64,000 nt of DNA. Origin: an uncultured Gammaproteobacteria bacterium (GTDB taxonomy: Bacteria; Patescibacteriota; Patescibacteriia; UBA9934). The position numbers and the translations under genes were made by a program. The stretch's first letter is position 1; each line of letters starts with the position of its first letter. Where the stretch lies: contig CAYVLY010000002.1 in assembly GCA_964452565.1 (NCBI GenBank), positions 22,661 to 86,660 on the forward strand. The letters are read 5' to 3'. Shown piece by piece: positions 20,574-30,070 of the stretch. Below the pieces are notes generated by a model. That model searched no databases. It was not told where the DNA came from and was given only the letters and a program-made list of their open reading frames with translations.

Positions 20574-21098
20574 TCACTGATTGTTGATCTTCTGACGAAC
20601 CGCCTCCATGGCCGCATTGCTCAGGTAGGTATTGAGCTTGAGGCCCAGCTTGGCCAGCGCAACGCGGATCTCCCCCACATCCCCATGGGACACATCTGGG
20701 TACTTCATCAGATCGACTTCGCGTCTCAGGATGACCAGCTGCCAGGTGTGGGTGATCGAAGTGTGGGCTGAACGTGACTGGCATGCTGTCAATGCTTTGA
20801 GGACACGGGTTTGCAGACCCAGATCTCCGATCGGCTTGGCCAGGTTGGCGACGGTCTCGTTGTCGGGATCCACAATCTGTGTTCTCCCAAAACCCCCTAG
20901 GATCACCTGATACATATCCATGGCAACCTTGTCGCCTTCCCCCAGAAACACGATCGAGTGGACAGATCTCTCCAGCAGAGCAAGGGCAACTGGATCCTCA
21001 AGGTTGAGATGCACAGTGCCGCCGTGATTGCGCCCTGCTTCCGCAGTTGAAAAACGAATGTTGCCGAGCCTGGGTACAGACCCCATGAAAACCTCCAT
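20574..21098 (-). CDS. hypothetical protein in high-GC island (function unknown)
   Basis: Longest ORF in a ~0.9-kb stretch whose GC content (~58 %) far exceeds flanking DNA; overlapping shorter ORFs on both strands considered spurious. Confidence 0.35.
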   Translation of the reverse strand: MEVFMGSVPRLGNIRFSTAEAGRNHGGTVHLNLEDPVALALLERSVHSIVFLGEGDKVAMDMYQVILGGFGRTQIVDPDNETVANLAKPIGDLGLQTRVLKALTACQSRSAHTSITHTWQLVILRREVDLMKYPDVSHGDVGEIRVALAKLGLKLNTYLSNAAMEAVRQKINNQ

Positions 21099-21388
21099 TG
21101 CCAGCTAACCAAGGCTGACCGGGTCGGGTATCGACGCCTCATATTAGCACAAGATCACTGCTGTGTCAATGGTAAGCCAAATAACCCACATTTTCCCTAA
21201 CACAGGGCGCGAATCTACGCTATAATGTAGCCATGGCGTTTAATGCCACGCAAACTGCAAATGCAATGGCCCGCACGCAGTTAAATAAAGAAAAGACTGC
21301 TGCACGCCGGGCAAGAACAGTAATCCCTCGTGCCAGTAGGGCTACTTTGCCTTCTAGAAAAAAACGTCGCTCCCGATCGCAAGTAAAC

Positions 21389-22270
21389 ATGTCAGCAGAG
21401 GATCCCTTCTCAGGAATGCCCCAAGAAAATCCTGAGTTAATACCAGATGGACTTCCCGGAGAACATAGAGCTGTCAATGTGATCTATCACACCGTGAGCG
21501 CAGAGGTTCGGAAAGAGTTAGAAGCCCAAGCGCGTACCAGACTTATGGCTGAACGCCAAAGAATCCGCGCTGAGATGAAATCATACCAGTTGCCTGAAAT
21601 GAAGACTGGTGGATACGAGGAGCCTGGACAGCTTGATGACATGAAAACCGCATACGAAGATGAATTCAAAAAACAAGTTCAAACTCCTGAGTTCATGAAG
21701 GCAGCCAAAGAAAAGACTGAGGGCATATACAGTAAAATGGATGCACAGCTGCGAAATAAAAAACTGAAAAAGGGAGCAAAGGCAGCTGGAAAGAAAGCTC
21801 AAGAAGCAGCTGATAAAGCTAAAAAAGTCGGCCAGGCAGGTCAAGCTGCAGGGAAACTTGGTTGGGATGCAGAGAATGCTATCAGTCTTCTTGACACAGC
21901 TGAACCAGCAGACCTTGAGATTCCGACTATCTTCACTGTAATGGTGCAGATGTACAGGGCTTGTACAGCACTATTTAATAACGGTGAGAAAATTATAAAA
22001 GGATTCCTGGGATTTCTAGAACCTACCCCGCTTTTTAGATTCTGGCATCCAAAGGATATACAAAGGGCGATTGATGAAAGCATTGATGATCCCTTGTTGG
22101 GTGGTGGTACCGAGCTGGAGAATACCATCGAATCGTTCTGTCTTGGATGGCCTGAAGCAATTATCGGATGGTTTGTGGTTGGAGTTTCAATCCTTCTAAT
22201 CGCTGGGGCAGCTATCTTCTTATTCGTTGTGGTTATGCTAGCAATAGCAACCATTGGAGCAATATTATAA
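21389..22270 (+). CDS. hypothetical protein: coiled-coil/Lys-rich region plus C-terminal double TM (start probably ATG 21389 rather than 21233)
   Basis: First gene of tight 5-gene plus-strand block; 5' 150 nt of listed ORF lies in the GC-rich island. Confidence 0.45.
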   Translation: MSAEDPFSGMPQENPELIPDGLPGEHRAVNVIYHTVSAEVRKELEAQARTRLMAERQRIRAEMKSYQLPEMKTGGYEEPGQLDDMKTAYEDEFKKQVQTPEFMKAAKEKTEGIYSKMDAQLRNKKLKKGAKAAGKKAQEAADKAKKVGQAGQAAGKLGWDAENAISLLDTAEPADLEIPTIFTVMVQMYRACTALFNNGEKIIKGFLGFLEPTPLFRFWHPKDIQRAIDESIDDPLLGGGTELENTIESFCLGWPEAIIGWFVVGVSILLIAGAAIFLFVVVMLAIATIGAIL

Positions 22271-22276
22271 CGTCAT

Positions 22277-23494
22277 ATGTTGGACATGCTTACATACAAT
22301 CAAAAACGCTTACTCGGAGTCTTTGCCCTCCTGATCTCAACTGTGGCCATCGGCCTATTCCTTTTCTGGCTTTTCACAGCGCCGCCAATAATTGTTGAGG
22401 AAGAAGAGGTCATTATTGAAGAGGAAGAGCCAATAGGTGTGCTTACTGGAGCCGAAGAGGCGGAGGAACTCGTCGCTATCGAAGAAGAGGAGGAAGTTGG
22501 TCTACCAACCGCAATCGCAGTAGGCGTTGAAACATTTACACAGCAGCTAACATCTTCTGCTGTAATGTCCCCTACCATGATAGACGGGACAGGAATTGCG
22601 TTTTACAACCCACTTGATGGAAGATTCTACATGATTGATGACAGCGGTGAACTGATTGCCATGTCTTTGGAGCAATTTCCTGATGCAGAGACTGTTGTGT
22701 TTGCAGATACTGCAGATGTTGCTGCTATTGAATTTCCTGATGGAAGCAACATCATCTACGATTTTGAAACAGAAACACAAACCACCCTACCAAGTCACTG
22801 GGAAGACTTTGATTTCTCTTCGGACGGAGAAGAGGTCGCATCAAAGAGCATTAGCTCTGACCCTACGCAAAACTCACTAGTTGTAACATCAACCGATGGA
22901 TCAAAGACCGAGGTACTCACAGCGCTTGGTTCAAATGACGATAAAGTAACGGTTAACTGGTCAACTAATAATAACGTTGTTGGGTTCTCGGAAACTGGAG
23001 GAACCTCGCTGGGCTTTGGTCGTTATGAAATATATGTTATTGGAAGCGATGGACAGGAGTCTGGGAATTTGATTGTGGAAGGTGGGAACTTCTCTGCGAT
23101 TTGGTCACCAAGTAGCTCAAAGATTCTCTACTCTGTTGCATGGACTGCAAATGATGAACGCCCTTCTCTTTGGATAGTGGACGGAACAGGCGACATTGGA
23201 TCTAGTCGTGAAAACCTTGGAGTTGAGACTTGGGTGGAGAAATGCACATTCAAAAGTGACTCTGTGATCATCTGTGCAGTTCCAGATGAGGTCACTAGTG
23301 GCTCTGGCTTGGATCATAGGCTAATTGATTCGACCGACTCACTTTACGAAATCAACATAACTACTGGTTCGAAAAAGCTATTAGGATATCCCGTACTTGA
23401 TATGGAAATATCCAATCTGTACGTAAGTGATGACAACTCGATTCTATACTTTACAGATGAATACGGTCGACTTAACTACATGCGACTAGAATAA
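22277..23494 (+). CDS. membrane-anchored TolB-like/WD40-like beta-propeller protein
   Basis: N-terminal TM, poly-Glu linker, then repeated ...S.DG..I..S....G...I... blades (SDGEEVASKS, STDGSK, GSDGQESGNL, VDGTGDIG, SDDNSILYFTDEYG). Confidence 0.55.
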   Translation: MLDMLTYNQKRLLGVFALLISTVAIGLFLFWLFTAPPIIVEEEEVIIEEEEPIGVLTGAEEAEELVAIEEEEEVGLPTAIAVGVETFTQQLTSSAVMSPTMIDGTGIAFYNPLDGRFYMIDDSGELIAMSLEQFPDAETVVFADTADVAAIEFPDGSNIIYDFETETQTTLPSHWEDFDFSSDGEEVASKSISSDPTQNSLVVTSTDGSKTEVLTALGSNDDKVTVNWSTNNNVVGFSETGGTSLGFGRYEIYVIGSDGQESGNLIVEGGNFSAIWSPSSSKILYSVAWTANDERPSLWIVDGTGDIGSSRENLGVETWVEKCTFKSDSVIICAVPDEVTSGSGLDHRLIDSTDSLYEINITTGSKKLLGYPVLDMEISNLYVSDDNSILYFTDEYGRLNYMRLE

Positions 23495-23495
23495 T

Positions 23496-24140
23496 ATGAC
23501 CCAAGCAAAAAAAATCGTTACCATCTTCTCCGTACTCTTTGGAATAGTTTTTTTCGCAATGCTACTCTCATTTATTCCAGGAGATAGAATTGAGTTTACA
23601 AACCTCCCAACAGATGAGGATAGTGAACTAACCATAGATGACCGTGATCCGATTTATGGTAGCAACAATCCTGATGTATTGATTTATCATTTTGGAGATT
23701 TTTCAAACTCATCAAGTGCTGAAGTGGCAGAGTCATTAAAGAATATCGCAGATTCAACAGACAATGTGACAATAGTTTGGAAGGACTTTCCTAATACAAG
23801 CCTTGATCCAGAATCATGGAACGCATCGATTGCAGCCAGGTGTGCACAAAAACAGGATGCATTTTGGGAATTCCATGACTATCTATTTGTATACCCAAAC
23901 CAACTGTCAAATGAGCTTTATGGTGACATTGCCACTGAGCTTGGGCTATGGCAATGGTCATTTAATCGATGTTTAAGTGGTGAAAAAACTACTGACTGGG
24001 TTGAAGATAGTTACAATCAAGGTATGGATCTTTCATTAACTGCAGCGCCAACGCTATTCATCAACAGCCAACCCTATGCTGGCTATATGAGCCAATCTGA
24101 TATCGAATCTATTATTGACTCTATTCTGCTTGGGCTTTAA
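23496..24140 (+). CDS. DsbA/BdbD-family thioredoxin-fold protein with degenerate active site
   Basis: N-terminal TM; DsbA-like ...DVLIYHFGDF-SNSS-SAE... where CPxC is replaced by SNSS; conserved downstream AARCAQKQDAFWEFHDYLF helix. Confidence 0.55.
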   Translation: MTQAKKIVTIFSVLFGIVFFAMLLSFIPGDRIEFTNLPTDEDSELTIDDRDPIYGSNNPDVLIYHFGDFSNSSSAEVAESLKNIADSTDNVTIVWKDFPNTSLDPESWNASIAARCAQKQDAFWEFHDYLFVYPNQLSNELYGDIATELGLWQWSFNRCLSGEKTTDWVEDSYNQGMDLSLTAAPTLFINSQPYAGYMSQSDIESIIDSILLGL

Positions 24141-24149
24141 GACGAACAT

Positions 24150-25502
24150 ATGAGGAAATTATTTCTAGCACTTCTTCTTCTACTTACACTGCCTTTACCA
24201 GTGCTTGCTGAGGACTATGAGGATTGTGATGAGGGAACAGCCGAATGCTCATGCCCGCAAGTGGATGCCTCTGGTGTAGACCAAGATGCCGTTACTTCGA
24301 TTGAGGGATGCCAGGAAGCATGTACTGCACTCGAGCCTTACGGTGAAGAGGTCTTTGGCGCGGAGATAACAAGCTATTCAGTTCAGTGCGAGATAGACGG
24401 AGTTGTTACAACTATTGGACAAGGAGCACTAACCTCAGACGAGGAGCTTATAACAATAACCACAACCGATCCGATTGCACCCGAGCTTAGTGTTGAAATC
24501 CCTGGATTGGAATTTGAGGACCCTATAGTCGTCGATGGATTTGTTGAATACAATCTTGTGGGACTCTATATTGAAGCTATGTACAAATGGGTTCTCGGTG
24601 CAGCATCTTTGTTAGCTATAGTAATGCTGATGCTTGGAGGTCTACAGTACATGCTTGCTCGTGGTAAACCCGAAGGGATTGGAAAAGCCAAAAAACGCAT
24701 CAGAAACTCGATCACTGGAATAGTACTGCTGTTTGCAGCGTTCTCTATTGCATATATGGTAGACCCTGGGAGTACGACTTTTGACAGCCTCAAAGTTACA
24801 GATCTTGAACCACTAGCCTTTGACTTCCCAAATGAAACTCCGCTAGACTTCCCTGCGGTAAGCTCATATGCACTTTCAAGTACTGCAGCAGAAGGTGGAA
24901 TTGGATGGGATGATGTTGTTATATATGATCAAAAAGCATGGCCTGATGTAGCATATGGTGAGGATGAATGTTTAACGTCATCAACTGGTAGTATTATGTC
25001 ATCTGGTTGCGGAGTTGCATCTTTTGCAATGGTTGCATCTACTATTTTGGGAGAGAGTGTTGATCCACCCTATGTTGCTGGATACTGGAAACAAGCAGGG
25101 TCATGTGAAGATGTGGGGATCGAAGGATACAGTGATAAATGCAGAGCCTGTCCAGACTCAAACGTATGCGATGGTTGTAATGGAACTTTTGGAAGCGCAA
25201 TGACACATTCAGAGCTCACACAAGCATTAGGAATCGAGGGGAGCCCAATCGGAACAGATGGATATACACTATCATCAGATGACATGTCTGATATGTATGA
25301 TAAGCTGGCCTCGGGTGACTATCTAGTAATAAGCTCTTACACAACATCATCAGGCGGTGGTCACTTTGTAGTCCTGGTTGGGGTAGATTCTGATGGAAAC
25401 TTTATGATAAACAATCCATACGGAGCAATCATGGAAACTCGTGATCCTGAAACATACTACAGTACGATGAAATCTGGATATATATTTGAAAGATACCAAT
25501 AG
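24150..25502 (+). CDS. secreted protein: signal peptide, Cys-rich N-domain, VirB2/TrbC-like two-helix membrane hairpin, C-terminal papain-like (C39/CHAP-type) Cys/His domain
   Basis: MRKLFLALLLLLTLPLPVLA signal; WVLGAASLLAIVMLMLGG-loop(KPEGIGKAKKRIRNS)-ITGIVLLFAAFSIAYMV; catalytic-type SSGCGVASFAMV and GGGHFVVLVGVDSDGNFMINNPYG. Confidence 0.5.
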   Translation: MRKLFLALLLLLTLPLPVLAEDYEDCDEGTAECSCPQVDASGVDQDAVTSIEGCQEACTALEPYGEEVFGAEITSYSVQCEIDGVVTTIGQGALTSDEELITITTTDPIAPELSVEIPGLEFEDPIVVDGFVEYNLVGLYIEAMYKWVLGAASLLAIVMLMLGGLQYMLARGKPEGIGKAKKRIRNSITGIVLLFAAFSIAYMVDPGSTTFDSLKVTDLEPLAFDFPNETPLDFPAVSSYALSSTAAEGGIGWDDVVIYDQKAWPDVAYGEDECLTSSTGSIMSSGCGVASFAMVASTILGESVDPPYVAGYWKQAGSCEDVGIEGYSDKCRACPDSNVCDGCNGTFGSAMTHSELTQALGIEGSPIGTDGYTLSSDDMSDMYDKLASGDYLVISSYTTSSGGGHFVVLVGVDSDGNFMINNPYGAIMETRDPETYYSTMKSGYIFERYQ

Positions 25503-25505
25503 TCT

Positions 25506-26795
25506 ATGCACAACTGTTCACACTGCGATTCGCAATTTTCAAAATGGCAGGGACGATGCACAGAATGTGGAAAATGGGGGACGATTTCTGAAGGGCAAAC
25601 ATCGCAAAGTAAAACAACTAAATCAAAAGGAGGCGCCGCACCGGCGCCGACTTTGTCTCTTGTAGATGCTGCTACTCACAATGTAAAGCATATATCAACA
25701 AATGTTGGTGAGCTTGATCGAGTTCTCTCCGGTGGACTTGTTCCCGGGTCTGTAACCCTTTTGGCTGGTGAGCCTGGTATTGGAAAGTCGACTCTAGTAG
25801 CGCAGATCGCTTACTTATTTTCATCAAAGCAGCCAGCTTACTATGTTTCAGGTGAAGAATCTCAGGGTCAGGTCGCAATGCGAATGCAGCGCCTCAAGAT
25901 TGATCCGAAAAATATAAACTTTTCAAATAGCGTCGAAGTTGATGCGATAATTAGTGCCGCACGGAAACTTAACCCATCTCTTATAATCATAGATTCGATA
26001 CAGACAATGATCGCAGCAGAGATAGATAATCTTCCCGGTACACCAACAGCGGTAAGGGCAGCAACAGCGCAATTGATCGGGTATTCAAAAGAATCCAATG
26101 TTCCGGTTTTGATTATTGGTCAGATGACTAAGGATGGGTCTGTTGCAGGTCCAAAAACACTTGAACACCTAGTTGACACAGTGCTGACGCTCGAAGGTGA
26201 CCAACAAAGTGCTTATCGGCTTTTGCGTGCTGGGAAGAATCGATTTGGCACAACAGATGAAGTTGGGATCTTTGAAATGTTGCAAACAGGGCTCCAGGGT
26301 GTTGAAAATCCTTCAGCTCGATTCCTGGAAGAACGCACACAAAACCCAGGATCAGCAGTAACTTGCATCATGGAAGGAACGCGGCCCATATTAGTTGAGG
26401 TTCAAGCTCTAGCTGAAAAAAGCTTTTTTGCTAATCCAATCCGCCGAACATCAGGCTATGATGGTTCAAGACTACAGATGCTACTTGCGATCATAGGACG
26501 CCGCGCAGGAGTGGCTGTCTCTGGATTTGATGTATATGTAAATGTAGTTGGTGGAATGAAAATCAAAGAACCTGCTGCTGATTTGGCGATCTGTGCCGCA
26601 ATCATCTCATCGATAAAAGACAAAGCTCTGCCTCAGGATTCGATAGTGTTCGGTGAGCTAGGCTTAAGCGGTGAAGTTAGATCAGTTCCCTTTTTGGAAA
26701 GACGCATCAAAGAGGCTGAGCGCCTGGGATTCTCCAAAGTCCTCTCTCCCAAAACAACAAAACAAATTTCAGAACTAAAAAACAGCCTTTCGTAA
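25506..26795 (+). CDS. radA: DNA repair protein RadA/Sms
   Basis: N-terminal C4 zinc finger CSHCDSQFSKWQGRCTECGKW, RecA-like Walker A GEPGIGKST, KNRFG motif, Lon-like C-domain. Confidence 0.9.
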   Translation: MHNCSHCDSQFSKWQGRCTECGKWGTISEGQTSQSKTTKSKGGAAPAPTLSLVDAATHNVKHISTNVGELDRVLSGGLVPGSVTLLAGEPGIGKSTLVAQIAYLFSSKQPAYYVSGEESQGQVAMRMQRLKIDPKNINFSNSVEVDAIISAARKLNPSLIIIDSIQTMIAAEIDNLPGTPTAVRAATAQLIGYSKESNVPVLIIGQMTKDGSVAGPKTLEHLVDTVLTLEGDQQSAYRLLRAGKNRFGTTDEVGIFEMLQTGLQGVENPSARFLEERTQNPGSAVTCIMEGTRPILVEVQALAEKSFFANPIRRTSGYDGSRLQMLLAIIGRRAGVAVSGFDVYVNVVGGMKIKEPAADLAICAAIISSIKDKALPQDSIVFGELGLSGEVRSVPFLERRIKEAERLGFSKVLSPKTTKQISELKNSLS

Positions 26796-26812
26796 TCACA
26801 CAAAGGCTGTTT
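26775..26812. terminator. bidirectional terminator between radA (+) and recG (-)
   Basis: aaaaacagcctttcgtaatcacacaaaggctgtttttt. Confidence 0.5.
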
Positions 26813-26816
26813 TTTC

Positions 26817-28916
26817 CTACTCAAAATGAATCTCTTCGATATACTCCTGGACACGGTCGCGAAGTGAGGGCCAAGGATCTAAGTCTGGGCTCTCGTCAAG
26901 AATCTCTTTTGCATAATCGCGCGCAGCTGTGATCAAATCCATATCCGCATAGCTACCAAGCTTGAACTGCTCAAAGCCTGACTGGGTTGTGCCAAAAATA
27001 TTACCACCACCGCGAAGTTTCAAATCCTTATCTGCTAGTTTAAATCCATCATGCGACTCGACCACTGCTAATAGCCGCTCCTTAGCAAGCGGTGTTAGCC
27101 TTTCAGATGGATGCAAAAAACAATAACTTTGGTATTCATCACGCCCAACACGTCCTCGCAGCTGATGCAGCTGAGCCAACCCAAACCGCTCTGCCCCTTC
27201 AATAAACATCACTGTCGCATTCGGAATATCCACTCCAACCTCTACAACAGTAGTTGCGACCAACACATTAATTTCGTTGTTCAAAAACGATCGCATTACA
27301 TCATCCTTCTCCTCAGTTTTCATCTTACCGTGCAACATACCCACTGAATAATTCTTAAACGGCCCCTTTTTATACTTATCATGGATCTCATTCACAGACT
27401 TTACTCCGAGTGCATCAGACTCTTCAATGAGCGGGCACACTACAAATACTTGATGGCCGGCCTCAATCTGATCACGCATCTTTTGATAATAAGTACGCTC
27501 CTTGCCAGGGTGTACAATGTGGGTCTCGATGATCTTACGGCCTGCTGGATATTCATCCAGAATCGAGCAATCAAGATCCCCATACAAAACCAATGACAAC
27601 GATCGCGGAATCGGAGTCGCAGTCATCGATAATAAATGCGGGATGCCGTCCTTATCGCCTTGACGGTCCTTGAGCGCCTGACGTTGTTTAACCCCAAAGC
27701 GATGCTGCTCATCAACAATGATGAATCCCAGACGATTGAAAAGCACATTGTCTGACAAGAGCGCGTGGGTTCCAATAACAAAATCGATCTTGCCGTTTTT
27801 CAGAGCATCAAGCATTTGCTTCTTTGTGACCTTTTTCCCAGACACCCAACGTTTTGTGCGCGTAAACAAAGCAATGGTCAGCTTATCGCCAAACATTTCC
27901 TCCAAACCGTTTGCATGTTGTTCTGCAAGGATCTCTGTCGGAGCCAGAAGCGCTGACTGCCAACTTGCTTTAGCTGTGTTGATCGCAGCCAAAGCAGCTA
28001 CGATTGTCTTACCTGTTCCAACATCACCCTCAAGCAACCTATTCATTGGCTCTTCACGCTCCATATCCTTATAGATTGCAAACAAAGACTTCTTTTGCGC
28101 CCCAGTAAGCTCGAACGGGAGTTCACTAACAACTTTCTTAATATAGCTCTCATCAAACTTAACAGCTGATGCTTTCTTTTTCTTTAGCTCCCTTCGAGCC
28201 TTGCCGTGCAAAATCTGGTGTAGAAAAAACTCATCAAACTTCAGTCTTCGAAGGGCTTTTTCCTGTGTCGCAGTCGTATTTGGGAAATGCATGGCCCGCA
28301 TGGCTGTATGTAGATCGATAAACTTTTCTTGGTCGATAATGTCAGATGGTAGATAATCGACAACTTCATCATCGATCGACTTGAGAGCCTCTTCGGTCAC
28401 CAGGCGTCGAACCTTTTGAGTCAAACCTCCGCATAATCGATAGATTGGAACTATGCGACCAGTGTGCATAGTCTTGCGTGAGTTTCCTACAATCTCATAA
28501 GTCGGGTTCACAAGAGAGAGTCCGTACTTATCATCGATCTTTCCTGAAAGTGAAACGTTCGTACCTGTTCGAAGAGTCTTAGTAAGAAATCCTTGATGAA
28601 ACCAGATTACTTTTATCGCCCCTGTTCCATCCTGCACAATCGCCTCAGTTACAACCATACGACGATTCTTATTGCTGCGACGATTTGTGATACTCGCAAT
28701 CGTACCGCCGATAGTCACCTTCTGGCCTGGCCTTACATCAGAGATTTCGAGCTTATTAGAAAGATCATCATATCGGAATGGAAAATCATACAGAGCATCG
28801 TGCAAGGTTTTAACATTCATGCGCGAAAAATCCCGGGCCTTAACCTGCCCGATTCCCTTCACGTAACGAACTTCTTTATCTAAATTCATAACTTTAGCTT
28901 CATATAAGTGTAGCAA
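26817..28916 (-). CDS. recG: ATP-dependent DNA helicase RecG
   Basis: wedge/OB N-domain, helicase motifs GDVGTGKT, DEQHRFG, C-terminal helicase domain; 699 aa. Confidence 0.9.
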   Translation of the reverse strand: MLHLYEAKVMNLDKEVRYVKGIGQVKARDFSRMNVKTLHDALYDFPFRYDDLSNKLEISDVRPGQKVTIGGTIASITNRRSNKNRRMVVTEAIVQDGTGAIKVIWFHQGFLTKTLRTGTNVSLSGKIDDKYGLSLVNPTYEIVGNSRKTMHTGRIVPIYRLCGGLTQKVRRLVTEEALKSIDDEVVDYLPSDIIDQEKFIDLHTAMRAMHFPNTTATQEKALRRLKFDEFFLHQILHGKARRELKKKKASAVKFDESYIKKVVSELPFELTGAQKKSLFAIYKDMEREEPMNRLLEGDVGTGKTIVAALAAINTAKASWQSALLAPTEILAEQHANGLEEMFGDKLTIALFTRTKRWVSGKKVTKKQMLDALKNGKIDFVIGTHALLSDNVLFNRLGFIIVDEQHRFGVKQRQALKDRQGDKDGIPHLLSMTATPIPRSLSLVLYGDLDCSILDEYPAGRKIIETHIVHPGKERTYYQKMRDQIEAGHQVFVVCPLIEESDALGVKSVNEIHDKYKKGPFKNYSVGMLHGKMKTEEKDDVMRSFLNNEINVLVATTVVEVGVDIPNATVMFIEGAERFGLAQLHQLRGRVGRDEYQSYCFLHPSERLTPLAKERLLAVVESHDGFKLADKDLKLRGGGNIFGTTQSGFEQFKLGSYADMDLITAARDYAKEILDESPDLDPWPSLRDRVQEYIEEIHFE

Positions 28917-28937
28917 ATATCAAGGTTTTATCAAAAA

Positions 28938-28960
28938 CTACCAACGTGTAACGTTGGTAG
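28938..28960. repeat. solo IS200/IS605-type palindromic hairpin (ctaccaacgtgtaacgttggtag)
   Basis: Near-identical to the hairpins bounding the IS200-like element at 45018 and 45669. Confidence 0.45.
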
Positions 28961-28966
28961 TTGGGG

Positions 28967-28995
28967 TTGCCAAAATCCCTTTTTTAAGCTATTCT
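28967..28995 (+). promoter_or_regulatory. putative promoter for tRNA-Ser(GCU) (TTGCCA-17-TATTCT)
   Basis: -35 28967-28972, -10 28990-28995, about 19 nt upstream of tRNA 5' end. Confidence 0.3.
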
Positions 28996-29014
28996 ATCGG
29001 GGCAAATAACAAAT

Positions 29015-29105
<91 letters not shown>

Positions 29106-29107
29106 AA

Positions 29108-29138
29108 AAAACTCACAGCTTCTGCTGTGGGTTTTTTA
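29108..29138 (+). terminator. terminator module T1 (cacagcttctgctgtg + T-run); same module repeated at 32572-32607
   Basis: hairpin followed by gttttttatt. Confidence 0.5.
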
Positions 29139-29154
29139 TTGTTGAGATGTTGGA

Positions 29155-29280
29155 TGAGAACCCGAGAGGATAGGGTTCGTACTGCTACGAAGTGAGGAAA
29201 GAGAGTGTTTACATTCTTTTTCTGAACGAGGACGCAGTCAACAGGCCAGCAGAGCTGGCCGCATCCCTCCCTCTCCGCCA
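29155..29280 (+). repeat. tRNA-3'-end-containing repeat X1 (ends ...GGCCAGCAGAGCTGGCCGCATCCCTCCCTCTCCGCCA)
   Basis: ~85 % identical to X2 at 32624-32746; last 18 nt identical to 3' end of both tRNA-Ser genes. Confidence 0.5.
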
Positions 29281-29285
29281 AAAAA

Positions 29286-29308
29286 CCAGCGTTTATCGCT
29301 GGTTTTTT
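29286..29308 (+). terminator. terminator hairpin after X1 (ccagcgtttatcgctgg + T6)
   Basis: perfect 6-bp stem, T-run. Confidence 0.45.
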
Positions 29309-29523
29309 GATTATAAGGCTTATTACATGTTTTAATCCCGCAAGATGATCATCGCTGCATCATAGTATTCTTTCACAAACTTATTTCCATAATCTGAGAG
29401 CTTCTTATAGCTTCTTTGCATACCGCACAACCGGTTGAAAATGCTCTGTGAAGCATCCTTGAAATATATTCGTCCCCTTCTCAGACTCCTCCTTTACATG
29501 TTCTTGAACTATTTTCGTGATAT

Positions 29524-29952
29524 TCATAAATTAAATTTTTCTATTACTTGATAAAAAACTTCCCTCAAATCATCAAACGTAAGCGCATCTCGTGCCTCCG
29601 ATGCGCTCATCCATGTAGCACTCTTTAATTCGCTTGTAGGCGCAATTTGATCAGTGTCCGATATGTCTGCTAAGAAAACTTTGTATTCGCCCTTTGATCC
29701 AACTCGATCTTTTTTCCACTCTCCAAAAATAAACTCATGAACAAGGTCTGTTTCTTGTAGCTCATATTGATCAGGCTTGAGGCCTAACTCTTCCTTAACT
29801 TCACGCTGTGCAGTTTCGATCAGTGAATCGTCAATCTCATCAGCTGCACCGCCTACAAAACTAAAATTGCCAGTCTTGGCATTCTCTACAACTAAAAACC
29901 GAAGCCCTTGCTCGGTTTTTTTATAGAAAATAACAATAGCGCCTTTCATCAT
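29524..29952 (-). CDS. NUDIX hydrolase
   Basis: Nudix box GGAADEIDDSLIETAQREVKEELGL. Confidence 0.8.
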   Translation of the reverse strand: MMKGAIVIFYKKTEQGLRFLVVENAKTGNFSFVGGAADEIDDSLIETAQREVKEELGLKPDQYELQETDLVHEFIFGEWKKDRVGSKGEYKVFLADISDTDQIAPTSELKSATWMSASEARDALTFDDLREVFYQVIEKFNL

Positions 29953-30030
29953 ACCCCTACATCTTACTCTATCCGATCAAATCAAAAAAGACCCCACGGC
30001 CTCGACAAACTCGATGGCAACCCCCTCCAG

Positions 30031-30051
30031 CTCCCCCTTGGGAAGGGGGAG
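30031..30051. repeat. GC-rich palindromic hairpin ctcccccttgggaagggggag (same family as hairpin 2 of E1/E2 elements)
   Basis: Matches ctcccccttNcgaagggggag at 59419-59439 and 60620-60640 except loop. Confidence 0.4.
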
Positions 30052-30070
30052 AGGCAAGTCGCTTGTTTGA

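Noticed and set aside
29155-29280. X1/X2 elements as intact non-canonical tRNAs (e.g. tRNA-Sec) or tmRNA
   Set aside because: No complementary 5' acceptor strand of adequate length, no D-arm or anticodon arm can be drawn, and no tmRNA resume-codon/tag ORF. Only the 3' 18 nt match a tRNA.
29300-29523. Possible small gene or gene remnant downstream of NUDIX
   Set aside because: Only a 29-aa ATG-initiated ORF is present, and the longer open frame lacks a start. It could be a pseudogene remnant, but nothing recognisable.
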